Shown: positions 49,801 through 61,142, counted from the first letter of the stretch. The stretch: DNA of 64,000 nt from an uncultured Phycisphaerales bacterium (GCA_965369385.1 CBDUQP010000001.1:4628-68627), one strand, 5' to 3'. Notes: generated by a model from the sequence alone, not told the origin. Numbers and translations are program-made.

Positions 49801-50480
49801 GGTGTTTGTTTCTGTTGGTTTTATCTTGGTTTCTATGTGCGCCGTTGCCGAGTTTTTTGCTGTTGGCGTTTTCGGGCCGAAGGTCCGAGGGGATATTAGC
49901 CGGGGGTAAGGCTCGACGTAAGTCGTGCCGCAGCCCCCGGATATACTCTCTGTAATCCCCGCCCCGAAGGCGGCGGGAGGTATGCTCCTTTGCGAATTGC
50001 AGAACCGGGGACCGTCCCAATCCTGTCCGGCATGCGATTTGTACAAGGTTGCGGGTGGCGAGTGCGGGTGAGGATTGACCGGTGAGCGGATGGGCTCCGG
50101 CCCGAAGGGCCGGCAAGAACTTAGACGGAGGCATACACGTCACGACGAAGCCGAAGGGGAAGACGGAAGCCTCCGGACAAGGCGTGCAAGAATAGCCAAG
50201 CCCCAACGGGGCGATACAAGGGTAATCCGAAATGGCCGTGTTCTTCTGAGACCGTGAATTGCTGTCTGTCCCAGGGCCTACGCGTGCACGCTGCGGATTA
50301 CCAGACAAATACGTATCGCCCTTTCAGGACTCTGTTTCAACGTGGCCGCTGGATCGGAGGTTGTTTCAATATTGCCTCCGCCTAAGATCTGGCGAGGCCT
50401 TCGGCCTCTAAAAACGGATGCGGCTGCAATCCCCATGCCGGACAGGATTGGGACGGTCCCCAACGCCGGGACAGTCCCAG
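49801..50480 (-). repeat. Copy D of the repeat family (reverse orientation, composite: 3' block plus a TIR-bounded segment of about 400 nt)
   Basis: Region 49870-50010 is the reverse complement of the shared 3' block (..GGGCCGAAGGTCCGAGG..CCGGGGGTAAGGCTCGACGTAAGTCGTGCCGCAGCCCCCGG..CCCGCCCCGAAGGCGGCGGGAGG..TTGCGAATT). GGGGACCGTCCCAATCCTGTCCGGCATGCG at about 50006 is matched inverted by CGCATGCCGGACAGGATTGGGACGGTCCCC at about 50432. A G/T-rich tract lies at 49801-49835. Confidence 0.7.
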
Positions 50481-50504
50481 TTTTCGCTCAGGCATTAATC
50501 GCAG

Positions 50505-53237
50505 TCAGGATTCGTTTCCCCGGACATGCTTGGCACCTGCAGCGTGATTCTTCCTGATGCCGCCGGCAATCTCCTGTGAGAGTTCCTCGATCCTGTACGG
50601 TTTGGCCAAGAAGCCCAAAGCACCTTCGGCGATAATCGATGAGATTACATCGGCCCTTGCAAAACCGCTGGCGACAAGCACGCAAATATCCGGATCAATT
50701 TCCTTCAGTTTACGGAATGTCTCCTGTCCGCTTATCTTGGGCATGACCAAGTCCAGGAGGACCACATCCACCACCCCCTCATGGGACTGGACAAAGCCGA
50801 TGGCTTCCAAGCCATCTTTGCACGTGGTGACGGTGTAGCCCAACCCCTGTAGAATACGTGCCGAGACGTTGCGGAGAATCTCCTCATCATCCACAACCAA
50901 AACGTGCCCCTCACCTCGCCGCAATTCATCGTCCGCGACCGGTCGCACATCTACCGCTGACTCCGACTGTGGCAAGAGTACCGTGAACGTGCTTCCAACA
51001 CCGACTTCACTGTAGACGCGAATCAGGCCGTGATGGCTATGCACGCAAGCGAATACACCCGCAAGCCCCAACCCCGTTCCCTTGCCAACTTCTTTTGTGG
51101 TGAAGAACGGTTCGTACATCCGCTTCTGTGTTTCGGCGTCCATGCCGATTCCGGTATCGGAAACTTCTATCTCTACGTATTCGCCGGGCTTGATTTCGCC
51201 GCCATACGAAACGGCGTCATCTATCATCACGTTGCGTGTGGCAAACGTCAGGACGCCACCGACCGCCATGGCATCTCTCGCGTTCAATCCCATATTGAGA
51301 ATGGCACTTTGAAGCTGTGTCGGATCGCCATCTATCACCGAGGGGCAGGCATCGAGCTTGGAAACGATTTCTATACTCTTGTCAATACTCCTGGCCAACA
51401 AGCCTATTACATCGTTCGAGATGATCTGGTTCACATCGATTGAAATCGTCTGGAGCTTGCCCTTTCGCGAAAAAGCCAGCAATTGCTGAGTAAGATCGGC
51501 GGCTCTGGAACTTGCATCAACAATAGCATCCGTCAGGCCCTTCTGTGAAGAATCCGGCCCCATGTCCATCGCCAGCAACTGGGCATTGCCCATTATGCCA
51601 GTCAGCAAATTGTTGAAATCGTGCGCCACCCCGCCTGCTAGCTGGCCGACTGCATCCATCTTCTGCGACTGGCGAAGCTGGTCTTCCAGCTCGTTTCGCT
51701 CACTCATATCCCGCATGATGGAAGACAGATACAACTCACCGTCGCCAGACTTGTGAGACATGATGATCTGGGATACGGGAATCTCCCTACCGCTGGCGGA
51801 CAGCAGGAGCGTCTCGCCGACCCATCTCCCCTCGGCTATGGCGGTAGGTATCGCCTCGTCACGAAGGATGGAGAAGGCCGACTCCGAATGACAATCGGAA
51901 ACCATCTTGTCGGTCAAATCGAGATCATCCGGCAGTCCAAGAAGCCTCCTCCCGGCCGGGTTAACGTAGGAGAGTCGACCATCAGGTGATGCCATAGCAA
52001 CAAGATCACTGGTGGCCTCAAGAATGTCACTAAGCCGTTTCCGCTCCATTTGAAGGGCGTACTCCCGCGAGATGTCGCGGAACACCAGTACCAAGCCTAC
52101 GACGAGCCCCGCAGCGTCCCGTATGGGCGCAGCGCTGTGGGCTATTCGCCGCTGGGATGCGTCGCGGGCAACAAGAAGCATATCAGCCGACACATCAGTC
52201 AGGCGGCCGGTTTTCACTACAGTGTCAACCAGGCTCGCCATGTCACTGTCAATCCGCTGATCCGCAATACGGAAGACCTCCGTAAGGCCGCGTCCGGTGA
52301 CTTCATCAACGGACCAGCCTGTAAGCTCGGCCGCCACCGGGTTCATTCGCACAATGTTCCCTTCGGCATCGGTGGCAAGTACTGCGTCTCCTATGGAGTC
52401 GAGCGTTACATGCAAGTCCTCCCTGCTTGCTCTCAAATGGTCCATCTGGCTGCGAATCGCCTTCTGCATGGTATCGAAAGATTCAGCCAGCGTAACCAGC
52501 TCGGCGCTTCCGCCGGAAGGCAGTTGGATGTCTATCTCACCGGCAGCCAACTGCCTTGATGCCTGCGTCAGGGAGACCAGAGGCTTGGAAATAGATCGAG
52601 CCACAACATACGCACCAATCGACCCGAGAAAGGCAACTGCAATGCCTATTGCCGCTGATTCGATGATTGTCCAGCGAAGCATAGCGCCCAGCGTACTCAG
52701 CTTTATGCCTGATCCAACGAGAAATGGCCTGCCGCGACTGTCACGGTGAGGAGTCAACACGACCCTGATATCTCCCCACTTGTCGCTGATGATCTTGTGC
52801 TCGGGCAACATCGTCTTGAACGCACCGACGTACGCATCTGGATTGCTGTGTACCTGGAGGAAAGTCGCACAATCGGATGCGCTGTCATTCTTGTCCGTAT
52901 GTGTGGCTGTCGTGAAAACAATCTTGCCATCCAGAACCATAACGCTCCAGATATACTCCAGACCAAGCTCACGACAAAGGGAATCGTTCCTTGCGACTAT
53001 CGCATCGAATTCCTTGGCAGATACGGAAGTCTTATCCGCTATTCGCCCGTGATAGTCCGGCCCGAACAACTCGGTAGCCATTGTATTCACCGCCATCAAC
53101 TGCGCGTCAACGCCAGCGATCAGATCTGCTTTGCGACTCTGGTAGGCAAGCAGGGTATATAGAGTTGAGCAGAGAATAAGACTGCCGATAATGGCAGCGA
53201 GAATCTTGGTCTGGATTCTGGGAGACTTCATGCCCAT
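50505..53237 (-). CDS. Hybrid sensor histidine kinase/response regulator (periplasmic sensor, HAMP, PAS, HisKA, HATPase, REC)
   Basis: Two TMs flank a periplasmic domain. H-box [20 protein letters not shown]-boxes DTGIGMD and GTGLGLA. C-terminal receiver [11 protein letters not shown]...[14 protein letters not shown]. Confidence 0.85.
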   Translation of the reverse strand: MGMKSPRIQTKILAAIIGSLILCSTLYTLLAYQSRKADLIAGVDAQLMAVNTMATELFGPDYHGRIADKTSVSAKEFDAIVARNDSLCRELGLEYIWSVMVLDGKIVFTTATHTDKNDSASDCATFLQVHSNPDAYVGAFKTMLPEHKIISDKWGDIRVVLTPHRDSRGRPFLVGSGIKLSTLGAMLRWTIIESAAIGIAVAFLGSIGAYVVARSISKPLVSLTQASRQLAAGEIDIQLPSGGSAELVTLAESFDTMQKAIRSQMDHLRASREDLHVTLDSIGDAVLATDAEGNIVRMNPVAAELTGWSVDEVTGRGLTEVFRIADQRIDSDMASLVDTVVKTGRLTDVSADMLLVARDASQRRIAHSAAPIRDAAGLVVGLVLVFRDISREYALQMERKRLSDILEATSDLVAMASPDGRLSYVNPAGRRLLGLPDDLDLTDKMVSDCHSESAFSILRDEAIPTAIAEGRWVGETLLLSASGREIPVSQIIMSHKSGDGELYLSSIMRDMSERNELEDQLRQSQKMDAVGQLAGGVAHDFNNLLTGIMGNAQLLAMDMGPDSSQKGLTDAIVDASSRAADLTQQLLAFSRKGKLQTISIDVNQIISNDVIGLLARSIDKSIEIVSKLDACPSVIDGDPTQLQSAILNMGLNARDAMAVGGVLTFATRNVMIDDAVSYGGEIKPGEYVEIEVSDTGIGMDAETQKRMYEPFFTTKEVGKGTGLGLAGVFACVHSHHGLIRVYSEVGVGSTFTVLLPQSESAVDVRPVADDELRRGEGHVLVVDDEEILRNVSARILQGLGYTVTTCKDGLEAIGFVQSHEGVVDVVLLDLVMPKISGQETFRKLKEIDPDICVLVASGFARADVISSIIAEGALGFLAKPYRIEELSQEIAGGIRKNHAAGAKHVRGNES

Positions 53238-53578
53238 GGCAACCCAATCTCTAAACAGCGTCTCTGGCGAATTGGCTAACGTCCCTGCGAAGACCCTTCA
53301 AAACACATCCCCATCCAAACGCACGGAGCCAAGTGCCCAAGTGAACATAAGCTTATGCTATCACGCCTATACCATACAATCGGTCCTGCACACCGAATAC
53401 CTGAAATGGGGGTGTAATACTTGCCCATGCAAAAGTATATCGACTAAGGGCATGTCACCCAACACTCTTCTTCAAGAATATACGCGCAGCACGCAAACCA
53501 AGAGGGTTCCTGAAGAGCAGAAGTGATCCAACCGCCCCCGCGATCGTCCAACCGAAAGCCCGCTCGTGTCAGGCTCGG

Positions 53579-54607
53579 CTACATCCCCAGAAATGCCAAG
53601 ATGTTAGAATTGGACATCTTCGCCTGCAAGTCGGCAGGCAGACAACGCAATGCCTCTATCTCATCTTCGTATGTGCCTTTGAACTTGAAGACGCTTGTCC
53701 GGTCCTTCCCTTCCTTGCGAACGCAGAAGAAACTGTACGCGGGCGAATCTGTGCCCCACAACATCATCTCAGGATACATCCCGCAAATAGTCTGCATTAC
53801 CTTCCGAAAGTCCGTATAGTCGGCGTCTATCAGCAACTCACCCGAGATCACGTCATCGGCTATCAGCTTATTGGCTAGATCCACCTGTATCTTCATCGCG
53901 GCAGTGTCTATCCAAACATTCGACATCGAAGCAGCCTTGGCAAGCAACTCGCGATTATAGAGCAAGCAGTGTGCCAGGCAGAACCGAATGCCCGGCCGAG
54001 ATTCAGCAATCTGGAGAATGTCTGTAGCCTGGGAATACTCTTCGCCCTCAATAGTGGACGCATGGAACAGGAGGGGCCAGTTCCGCTCTTCGGCGAAGTC
54101 CAGCAACGGCGTACCTGGACCCAACAACTCGATGGCCTTCGACTGGCTGATGACAGGATTCACCTTGACACCGTAGATGGGATACTGCTCATCGAGCGCG
54201 GTCAGTTCGGCGATCTGCTCATCGACCGCGCGCAACGGATCTATACTGATAAACGGCAAGAAACGCCCCGAAAGCTCCGGGCATATCTCGAATATTTCGT
54301 GCAGCAGCGAACGATTCTCGGCTGCGAACGGCGCCGGCGAAATGGGATCGTCCGCCGGTGTAAGAATACCGTTGCGTAACTTCTGAGTATCAAAATACAA
54401 ATCTGAGCAGAACGGGAAGACCACATTGAAGTCAACACCACCGGATTTCTGACGGTAGTAAAGACCCTCAAGCGACTGCGCATAAGGGAAGTCGCCGCAA
54501 TACAGAGCCTTTAGCCACACGCCTACGTGTGCGTGGACATCTATGGTCTTTCCCGTAAGCTGCTCGCGTGTGATGTGCCTTACGGCCAAGGGTGCCCACC
54601 TTCCCAT
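53579..54607 (-). CDS. Amidohydrolase-2 family metal-dependent hydrolase (TIM barrel)
   Basis: HxH motif IDVHAHVG at the barrel start, conserved downstream His/Asp (LLFHAS.., WGTDSP). Start is uncertain between ATG 54607 and an in-frame GTG at about 54583; it overlaps the upstream gene's stop. Confidence 0.65.
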   Translation of the reverse strand: MGRWAPLAVRHITREQLTGKTIDVHAHVGVWLKALYCGDFPYAQSLEGLYYRQKSGGVDFNVVFPFCSDLYFDTQKLRNGILTPADDPISPAPFAAENRSLLHEIFEICPELSGRFLPFISIDPLRAVDEQIAELTALDEQYPIYGVKVNPVISQSKAIELLGPGTPLLDFAEERNWPLLFHASTIEGEEYSQATDILQIAESRPGIRFCLAHCLLYNRELLAKAASMSNVWIDTAAMKIQVDLANKLIADDVISGELLIDADYTDFRKVMQTICGMYPEMMLWGTDSPAYSFFCVRKEGKDRTSVFKFKGTYEDEIEALRCLPADLQAKMSNSNILAFLGM

Positions 54608-55560
54608 GGGGCAGGATCGCCGCGCAAATCCACATCCCAACGATAGTCATCCGCCACGGCGCCCTGAATGTGCAGTTCGCTGCGAAGTACCTGAAGAATG
54701 GACGAAGGCACAAGCGGCGTCACCGGACCATGGGCGGCCAGGCGTGTGATGAATCGCTGCCAGGCAAACCCGCCACCGACATCGCCATTGTTCCAGAAGC
54801 TCACCAGCTTGGAACCAGCCAGCTCGCGCGGGCCAATGGTGTGGGCCTTGGGCGGTACGTATGCCCAATCGCCGGATGCGCCGGAATCGTTATAAACCGT
54901 GCTCTGCATTATCGTGATCGGGTGCAGCTCCACCTGGCGGCTACCTGCCTGCAGATAGGCATCAATATCGTCGCCGAACTCTTCACCCAGATGCGACTCG
55001 AAGAACGCCACGTGTCCGCACCATCCGATACCGCCGTAGCACACGTCCGCCCCGCCGATGTCTTCCAGCATCTGGCTGTAATCTTCAATGTTCTCTTTCA
55101 GCGGGAAGTGGATCTGGCTTTCCGGCATGCGAAGCTCGGGCTTGATCTGGCTGAACAGGTCACGCATCATCCAATAGCGGAAACCGCCCTTCCAGTCGAT
55201 GGGAGCGTCGTTTCCGTCCTGATCGCACCATTCGTCCATATTGAACGTGTGCACGTGGTGGCAGGGCAGGTTAAGCGTATTAATGATATGAGCTACCCAG
55301 CGATAGTGAGGCCACGGCGCGGGCAGTATCATCACGTGCTGGCGACCTTCGTCGAGCGCCTTCTTGATACCCGCAATAATGTGCGTCACGAACTGGAAGT
55401 AGAAGTTCGCTTGGTCTTCAACAATGCGAATCTTGAAGTTCTCGTTGGGATGCTTGCAGAGATCTTCACGCTTGATCTTACGTACCTTGGCGCACGCTTC
55501 CTGATCCCGGAAGGAAAGAAACTTCGCCGGCTCGAATTTCCAATTGTTTTCCATTACCAA
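54580..55560 (-). CDS. Glucosamine-6-phosphate deaminase/isomerase-like protein (NagB/6-phosphogluconolactonase fold)
   Basis: ILPAPWPHYRWV and GIGWCGHVAFFES resemble the NagB substrate-binding and catalytic His segments. Tentative family assignment. Confidence 0.6.
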   Translation of the reverse strand: MVMENNWKFEPAKFLSFRDQEACAKVRKIKREDLCKHPNENFKIRIVEDQANFYFQFVTHIIAGIKKALDEGRQHVMILPAPWPHYRWVAHIINTLNLPCHHVHTFNMDEWCDQDGNDAPIDWKGGFRYWMMRDLFSQIKPELRMPESQIHFPLKENIEDYSQMLEDIGGADVCYGGIGWCGHVAFFESHLGEEFGDDIDAYLQAGSRQVELHPITIMQSTVYNDSGASGDWAYVPPKAHTIGPRELAGSKLVSFWNNGDVGGGFAWQRFITRLAAHGPVTPLVPSSILQVLRSELHIQGAVADDYRWDVDLRGDPAPWEGGHPWP

Positions 55561-55786
55561 CCCTTTCTCGGCCTGCCCTTCGCTGAAAAGTTAACTGACC
55601 ATATGGTTATTTTACTTCATGGTAACACATGATCTTTCACAGTCAAGAGAAGCTTGAATTCCCCGGGCAAATAACCATCACAAGCAATCCCCAGTCAACG
55701 GATTGCCTGCCCTGAAAACGACTTGTAACTGGTTTTAACTCAACACTTGTAGATTATTGAAGAATCCCGGCCTCCCACAGCGAGTG

Positions 55787-56614
55787 TCAGGATTTCGCTT
55801 GCGGCTTTGGCCTGTCGGCGGGTTTCCCTCGCCACAAGGCATACGCAACCATCGCAACGCCTGCCACAAACGGGACTATCGACAGATACTGCCCCATAGT
55901 CAGCCCGTGTAGGGCTTTCAGGTCATCCACATGGTAATCCTTGACGAATTCCACACAGAACCGACCGGCGAAGTAAACGGCCATGAACGTACCAACCATA
56001 ATCCCCATCGGGCGTTTTTCTTTGCCGGCGAGGCGATCTACCGCAATCAAAACAAGCAACACGCAGATCCCCATCGCGAATTCATAAAGCTGCGACGGAT
56101 GCAGCGGCGTGTTTGGCGCGGCTTGCCAGTGCTTGAAAATGACCGCCCAGGGCACATCAGTTGGGCGTCCCACGACTTCAGAGTTCAGGAAATTCCCCAG
56201 ACGAATGCCCGCAGCCCCCACCGCAGCCGACATGGCGAAGCGATCCATCAATTCGAGAACGCGAATCTTGTGCCTGATGGCATAGAACGTAGCTGCCAGC
56301 AGCAAACCGATAGTTGCGCCATGGCTGGCCAATCCACCCTCCCATACGCGCAGAACACTTATCGGATCGGCCAGATATCTTGCAGGATGATAGAAGAAAC
56401 AATGCCCGAGCCTGGCACCGATAATCACGGCCAGCACCCCCCACATCAAGAATCCGTCGGTGACCTCATGGGAGTGCCCCCCGCGAAGCATTTGGCGGCG
56501 CCACAACACAAACGCAGTCAACAGAGTAGCTGCGAATACCAAACCGTAGTAGCGAATCTGGAACGGCCCCAGATTCACCAGAACCGGCTCCAGATCGAAA
56601 ACAAGAGCACCCAT
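55787..56614 (-). CDS. lgt: Prolipoprotein diacylglyceryl transferase
   Basis: Lgt signature GGLASHGA and GRLGNFLNSEVVGRPTDVPWAVIF. Start moved to ATG 56614 (MGALVFDLEPVLVNLGPFQIRYYG) by alignment with the E. coli Lgt N-terminus. Confidence 0.85.
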   Translation of the reverse strand: MGALVFDLEPVLVNLGPFQIRYYGLVFAATLLTAFVLWRRQMLRGGHSHEVTDGFLMWGVLAVIIGARLGHCFFYHPARYLADPISVLRVWEGGLASHGATIGLLLAATFYAIRHKIRVLELMDRFAMSAAVGAAGIRLGNFLNSEVVGRPTDVPWAVIFKHWQAAPNTPLHPSQLYEFAMGICVLLVLIAVDRLAGKEKRPMGIMVGTFMAVYFAGRFCVEFVKDYHVDDLKALHGLTMGQYLSIVPFVAGVAMVAYALWRGKPADRPKPQAKS

Positions 56615-57008
56615 ATATCTTTCCTTCACCTCTTCAACAACGATTCGGCGATGCTGCAGGGCGTCACAAACTGCCCTCGCATCGTCCGGAATCACAAAGC
56701 AAGTCAGCCATTATCGCCAGAGCGAATCGAATTACCAGTATTGCGTATGCCCGCACACAGAGCAGGTGAGCCCCGATGTGCATCGGGATCTTCGACGCCG
56801 GAGGCGGGCAGGTGAAACAACAAGGGCGAACAATCACCTGCGAGACTGATTTCAAATAGGCTCGCTCACCTGCGGTCTCCTGGCCACATGTCCAGCGAAA
56901 GATGCGATGTAATTTCGCTCCTGATCAACTCGTTTTATTACGTTTTGAGCACAAAACGGGGGAAATAGCTGAATAATCGTAACTTCAGAAGAATATGCCA
57001 TATTTGGG

Positions 57009-57037
57009 TTGCCTCGTAGCCTTCACCCCTATATATT
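57009..57037 (+). promoter_or_regulatory. Putative sigma70-type promoter driving the riboswitch-nrdDG transcript
   Basis: TTGCCT -35 and TATATT -10 with a 17-nt spacer, about 30 nt upstream of the riboswitch P1. Confidence 0.45.
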
Positions 57038-57064
57038 GTATGTGTTGCTGGTGTCCTGAGTGAT

Positions 57065-57295
57065 CAGGATGGCAAGAGGGAACCCGGTGAGAGTCCGGGA
57101 CTGCCCCGCAGCGGTAATCGGGAACGAACCCCGCGTTCGAGCACTTTCCGGGATTTTTCGCCAGTTGTTCTGAGGCTTGCTGAATGTTCAGCAGTAGTCA
57201 GGCCCTTGGCGATCCGGATGGGAAGCGGCGGGAAGTAGACGCGACGATGATGTCGCACGCCCGAGAGTCCGAAGACCTGCCAGCGACCTGTGCAA
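57065..57295 (+). promoter_or_regulatory. Cobalamin (B12) riboswitch in the nrdD leader
   Basis: Core AGGGAACCCGGUGAGAGUCCGGGACUGCCCCGCAGCGGUAA matches the conserved cobalamin-riboswitch core (E. coli btuB: AGGGAAUCCGGUGCGAAUCCGGAGCUGACGCGCAGCGGUAA). Downstream GGGAAG...GAGAGUCCGAAGACCUGCCAGCG matches the B12 box (btuB: GCCCGAAGACCUGCCGGCC). P1 pairs UGGCA near 57070 with UGCCA near 57287. Confidence 0.8.
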
Positions 57296-57692
57296 ACGCA
57301 CGGTTATCGACCCGAGCCTCCGAGGGGAGACGGGTTGAAGCGAAAAGGCACTACGCAGTGGCGACGAGACGATAGGTACAAGAAAGTCTGGACCTGAAGT
57401 TGCAGTTAGACGACAGGTACACGGAAATTCTGATCTAAAACGTCCCAGGCCGCACCTGTATGGCTTTTCACTTCTACCGACCCCTTTGGCAGGGTTCGCA
57501 GGCAACCGTGATAGTTTTTTGATGGTTGTCCGCCGCTTGAGGGGCGGAGGTTGAATCAGCGTTCGGCAGCACTGGCGACGGATGCCGGCTGCGGGATGTA
57601 CCCTCATTTCGTTGTTTGAAATTGTTTCAGTGTCGCCGGTCAAATGTTTTTTCGTGTCTTCGCATTTGTGCGCAGCATGAGACGTACTCAAG

Positions 57693-59801
57693 GTGAAAGG
57701 AATCGCCAGGATGATCGAATCGATTCGTAAGCGTGATGGAAGAGTTGTCCCATTCGAACCGGAACAGATCACTCGCGCGATCTACAAAGCTGCCGAATCC
57801 TGTGGCGGTAGTGACTACGACAAAGCCGAACAGCTCGCCAGGCAAGTTGCAGACCTGCTGTCCACCAAGCATCCGACCGATATGCCGGAAGTCGAAGAAG
57901 TTCAAGACGCCGTCGAAAAAATCCTCATCAAGAGTGGCCACGCACGCACCGCAAAGGCGTTCATTCTCTATCGCGAGAAACGCAAGAGCGCCCGTCACCA
58001 CAACGCACTGATCGGCGCCACGATCAACATGTTCTCCGACTACCTTGATGATCGTGACTGGAAGACGAAAGAAAACGCCAACCAGCAGAAGTCGATCAAC
58101 GGGCTGAACAACTACGTCCGCGAGTTCTTCACCAAAAATTACTGGCTGCACGAGGTGTTCCCCGAAGAGGTCCGCAGGGCTCACCAGTCCGGCCGCCTGC
58201 ACATTCACGATCTCGGCTTCCTCGGTCCATATTGTGCCGGATGGGATCTCAGGCAACTGCTGATGCTCGGTTTCGGTGGCGTTCCGGGCAAGGTGGAATC
58301 CAAGCCCGCCAAGCATCTGCGGTCTTTCCTGGGGCAGATCGTGAATTCCACTTTCACCACTCAGGGCGAGTGCGCCGGAGCCCAGGCATGGAGCAGTTTT
58401 GATACATACTGCGCCCCGTTCATCAGACGCGACAACATGGACTACGAACAGGTGAAGCAGTGCCTGCAAGAGTTCGTCTTCAATATCAACGTACCCACGC
58501 GAGTCGGCTTCCAATGCCCATTCTCGAATCTCACGTTCGACCTTACCGTACCGTCCACTCTAAAAGACCAGGCCGTGATCAATGGCGGCCAGATCATCGA
58601 CGCAAAATACGGTGACTTCCAGGAAGAGATGGATATCTTTAATCGCGCGTTCTGCGATACGATGATGGAAGGTGACGCCAAGGGGCGAGTGTTTACCTTC
58701 CCGATCCCCACGATCAATATAACCAAGGATTTCGACTGGAATTCGCCGGCGTTTGAGTCGTTCATGCAGATCACCGCAAAGTACGGCGTGCCCTACTTCG
58801 CAAACTACGTGAACTCAGACCTGTCGCCCGAAGATGCAGTCTCCATGTGCTGCCGCCTGCGTATAGACACCAGCGTACTCCGCAAACGCGGCGGCGGGCT
58901 TTTCGGCAGCAACCCGCTTACCGGTTCTGTCGGCGTGGTAACGGTGAACCTGCCGCGAATCGGCTACAAGGCCACCACCGAAACCGAGTTCCGCGAGATG
59001 CTCGCCAACGAAATCCGCATCGCCCGCGATTCGCTGGAAATCAAACGCAAGCTGATCGAGAAACAGACCGAAGCCGGCCTGTATCCATATTCCGCACACT
59101 TCCTGCAGACAGTCAAACAACGCACGGGCGCATACTGGCATAATCACTTCAGCACAATCGGCATTGTCGGCATGAACGAAGCCCTGCTGAACTTCATGGG
59201 CGTTGGCATCGCAGAAGAAAAGGGCAGTCAATTCGCTATTGAGCTGATGAACTTCATGCGAGACCAACTGCAACGCATACAGGAAGATACCGGGCACGTC
59301 TATAATCTGGAAGCCACTCCCGCAGAGGGAACTGCACACCGCCTCGCGCGGCTTGATCTGGAGCACTACCCGGACATCATCACTGCCGGCGACGACACGC
59401 CCTACTACACCAACTCCACACAGTTACCCGTGGGCCAGACAGACGACATCTTCGAAGCGGTCGAACTACAAGATGAACTGCAATCGCTCTACACCGGCGG
59501 AACCGTGCTGCATCTTTACCTCGGCGAAGCGATAGAGGATCCACAACTGTGCAAACGGCTGATCAGAAAAATATTCGCAAACAACAAACTGCCCTATATC
59601 TCGATCACGCCCACGTTCAGCATCTGCCACGATCACGGGTATATCAGCGGAGAGTTTTTCGCCTGCCCACAGTGCGATAAGGCCACAGAGGTCTACTCCA
59701 GAGTCACCGGTTACCTGCGGCCGGTACAAAACTACAACGATGGCAAACGCGCCGAGTATTTCGACCGCCGCAAGTACACCATGCCGGAGGTGATGGCATG
59801 A
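57693..59801 (+). CDS. nrdD: Anaerobic ribonucleoside-triphosphate reductase (class III)
   Basis: N-terminal ATP-cone (IRKRDGRVVPFEPEQITRAIYKAAE). C-terminal Zn ribbon CPQCD plus earlier Cys. Glycyl-radical motif SRVTGYLRP. The AGGTGA RBS sits 6 nt before the third ATG (57711), so the start may be 57711; 702 aa from the track start. Confidence 0.9.
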   Translation: MKGIARMIESIRKRDGRVVPFEPEQITRAIYKAAESCGGSDYDKAEQLARQVADLLSTKHPTDMPEVEEVQDAVEKILIKSGHARTAKAFILYREKRKSARHHNALIGATINMFSDYLDDRDWKTKENANQQKSINGLNNYVREFFTKNYWLHEVFPEEVRRAHQSGRLHIHDLGFLGPYCAGWDLRQLLMLGFGGVPGKVESKPAKHLRSFLGQIVNSTFTTQGECAGAQAWSSFDTYCAPFIRRDNMDYEQVKQCLQEFVFNINVPTRVGFQCPFSNLTFDLTVPSTLKDQAVINGGQIIDAKYGDFQEEMDIFNRAFCDTMMEGDAKGRVFTFPIPTINITKDFDWNSPAFESFMQITAKYGVPYFANYVNSDLSPEDAVSMCCRLRIDTSVLRKRGGGLFGSNPLTGSVGVVTVNLPRIGYKATTETEFREMLANEIRIARDSLEIKRKLIEKQTEAGLYPYSAHFLQTVKQRTGAYWHNHFSTIGIVGMNEALLNFMGVGIAEEKGSQFAIELMNFMRDQLQRIQEDTGHVYNLEATPAEGTAHRLARLDLEHYPDIITAGDDTPYYTNSTQLPVGQTDDIFEAVELQDELQSLYTGGTVLHLYLGEAIEDPQLCKRLIRKIFANNKLPYISITPTFSICHDHGYISGEFFACPQCDKATEVYSRVTGYLRPVQNYNDGKRAEYFDRRKYTMPEVMA

Positions 59802-60562
59802 AGTTCTCCGGATTGCAAAAATGCAGCTTCGTGGACTTCCCCGGAAAGATCGCTGCCGTGATCTTCACACAGGGATGCAACTTCAACTGCACCTACTGCC
59901 ACAATCGCTGCACTATAGACAATAGCAGCGAGAGCCTGCTCGATGGAATGGAAGTGCTGGCGTTCCTGGCCAAACGACGGGGCATGCTGGATGGCGTCGT
60001 GATTTCCGGCGGCGAACCGACACTGCAAACAGGGCTGACAGATTTTATCCGCACCGTTAGACTCATGGGCTTCGCAGTAAAACTCGACACCAACGGCAGC
60101 CGGCCGCGAGTTCTTGAGAGCCTGCTTGACGCCAAGCTGCTGGACTTCGTGGCGATGGACGTTAAGGCCCCCATGCACACGTATGAACAGATAACCAGAC
60201 GCCCGACAGACATGGCCGCCATTCGCCAGAGCATTGATTTGCTTCTCAGAGGCGATGTGGATTACGAGTTCCGCACCACGCTGGCACCGCAACTGTCCGC
60301 AGCCGACGTCCTGATGATAGCCACGCGAATCCACGGCGCAAAACGCTACGCAATCCAGCAATACCGTCCGGTTGAAGATGCAGATGTCACGCTTAGCATA
60401 GATGACCTGAAGCCCCACAGTGATGAATACGTGCTTGGCGTGGCGGACCTGGTGCGCCCGATGGTATCAACGTTCGAAGTTCGCGGCGTATCGCAAGCGG
60501 CACGCAAGGCGGCCGAGTTCGCACCAGTCACAGGCATCCTGCAAGAAGCTGTCTCAGCGTAA
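59798..60562 (+). CDS. nrdG: Anaerobic ribonucleotide reductase activating protein (radical SAM)
   Basis: Cluster motif GCNFNCTYCHN, GVVISGGEPT. Overlaps the nrdD stop by 4 nt. Confidence 0.9.
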   Translation: MKFSGLQKCSFVDFPGKIAAVIFTQGCNFNCTYCHNRCTIDNSSESLLDGMEVLAFLAKRRGMLDGVVISGGEPTLQTGLTDFIRTVRLMGFAVKLDTNGSRPRVLESLLDAKLLDFVAMDVKAPMHTYEQITRRPTDMAAIRQSIDLLLRGDVDYEFRTTLAPQLSAADVLMIATRIHGAKRYAIQQYRPVEDADVTLSIDDLKPHSDEYVLGVADLVRPMVSTFEVRGVSQAARKAAEFAPVTGILQEAVSA

Positions 60563-60572
60563 GGTGATTTTG

Positions 60573-61142
60573 ATGATCTTTTCCGACGGGCAAATCATAG
60601 AAGCTTTGAAGTCAGGGCGCATCACGATAGACCCCGTCCCCTCGGCCGACCAGTTCGCACCATCAGCAGTGGACCTGCACGTAGGGGCCGAGTTCAAGCG
60701 ATGGAAGACCCCGCCTGCGGGCGTAACCCAGCACCTGCGATTGTCGGAAGTGAACATCCCGGACTACGCGGATATGGTAGAGGATATTGATCGTAACGAA
60801 GACGGCTCGGTGCTGATCAGGCCGGGCGAATTCGTACTGTCCCAGACCATGGAACGAGTGCACGTACCGCACGACAGCCAACTGGCTGCCCGCGTGGAGG
60901 GCCGAAGCAGTTTCGCCAGACTTGGCTTGGTAGTACACATGACAGCCCCCACCATTCACGCCGGTTTCGAGGGTAACATCGTGCTTGAAATGATGAACTT
61001 CGGGCCGTTCCCACTGGCGATGGACCCCAACCACACACGCATCTGCCAAATCATCTTCGAAGAACTCGGCGCCCCACCCTCATGCGCCATCGACACCCCC
61101 TTCCAAAACCAGTCCACCGTCCTGGGCAAGAAAAGCGATTAA
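60573..61142 (+). CDS. dcd: dCTP deaminase (housekeeping, trimeric dUTPase-fold)
   Basis: Conserved VEGRSSFARLGLVVH and C-terminal NFGPFPLAMDPNHTRICQIIF. Start moved to ATG 60573, which has AAGGTGA RBS; the track start at 60420 overlaps nrdG. Confidence 0.9.
   Translation: MIFSDGQIIEALKSGRITIDPVPSADQFAPSAVDLHVGAEFKRWKTPPAGVTQHLRLSEVNIPDYADMVEDIDRNEDGSVLIRPGEFVLSQTMERVHVPHDSQLAARVEGRSSFARLGLVVHMTAPTIHAGFEGNIVLEMMNFGPFPLAMDPNHTRICQIIFEELGAPPSCAIDTPFQNQSTVLGKKSD

Noticed and set aside
38173-50480. Identity of the repeat family as a known RNA (RNase P, tmRNA, group II intron domain V/VI, 6S) or as a CRISPR array
   Set aside because: By eye there are no RNase P P4 (GGAAAGUCCGGGCU) or tmRNA-like conserved stretches. 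The copies are not short equal-length repeats separated by unique spacers, so CRISPR is excluded. The element stays unclassified pending cmscan.
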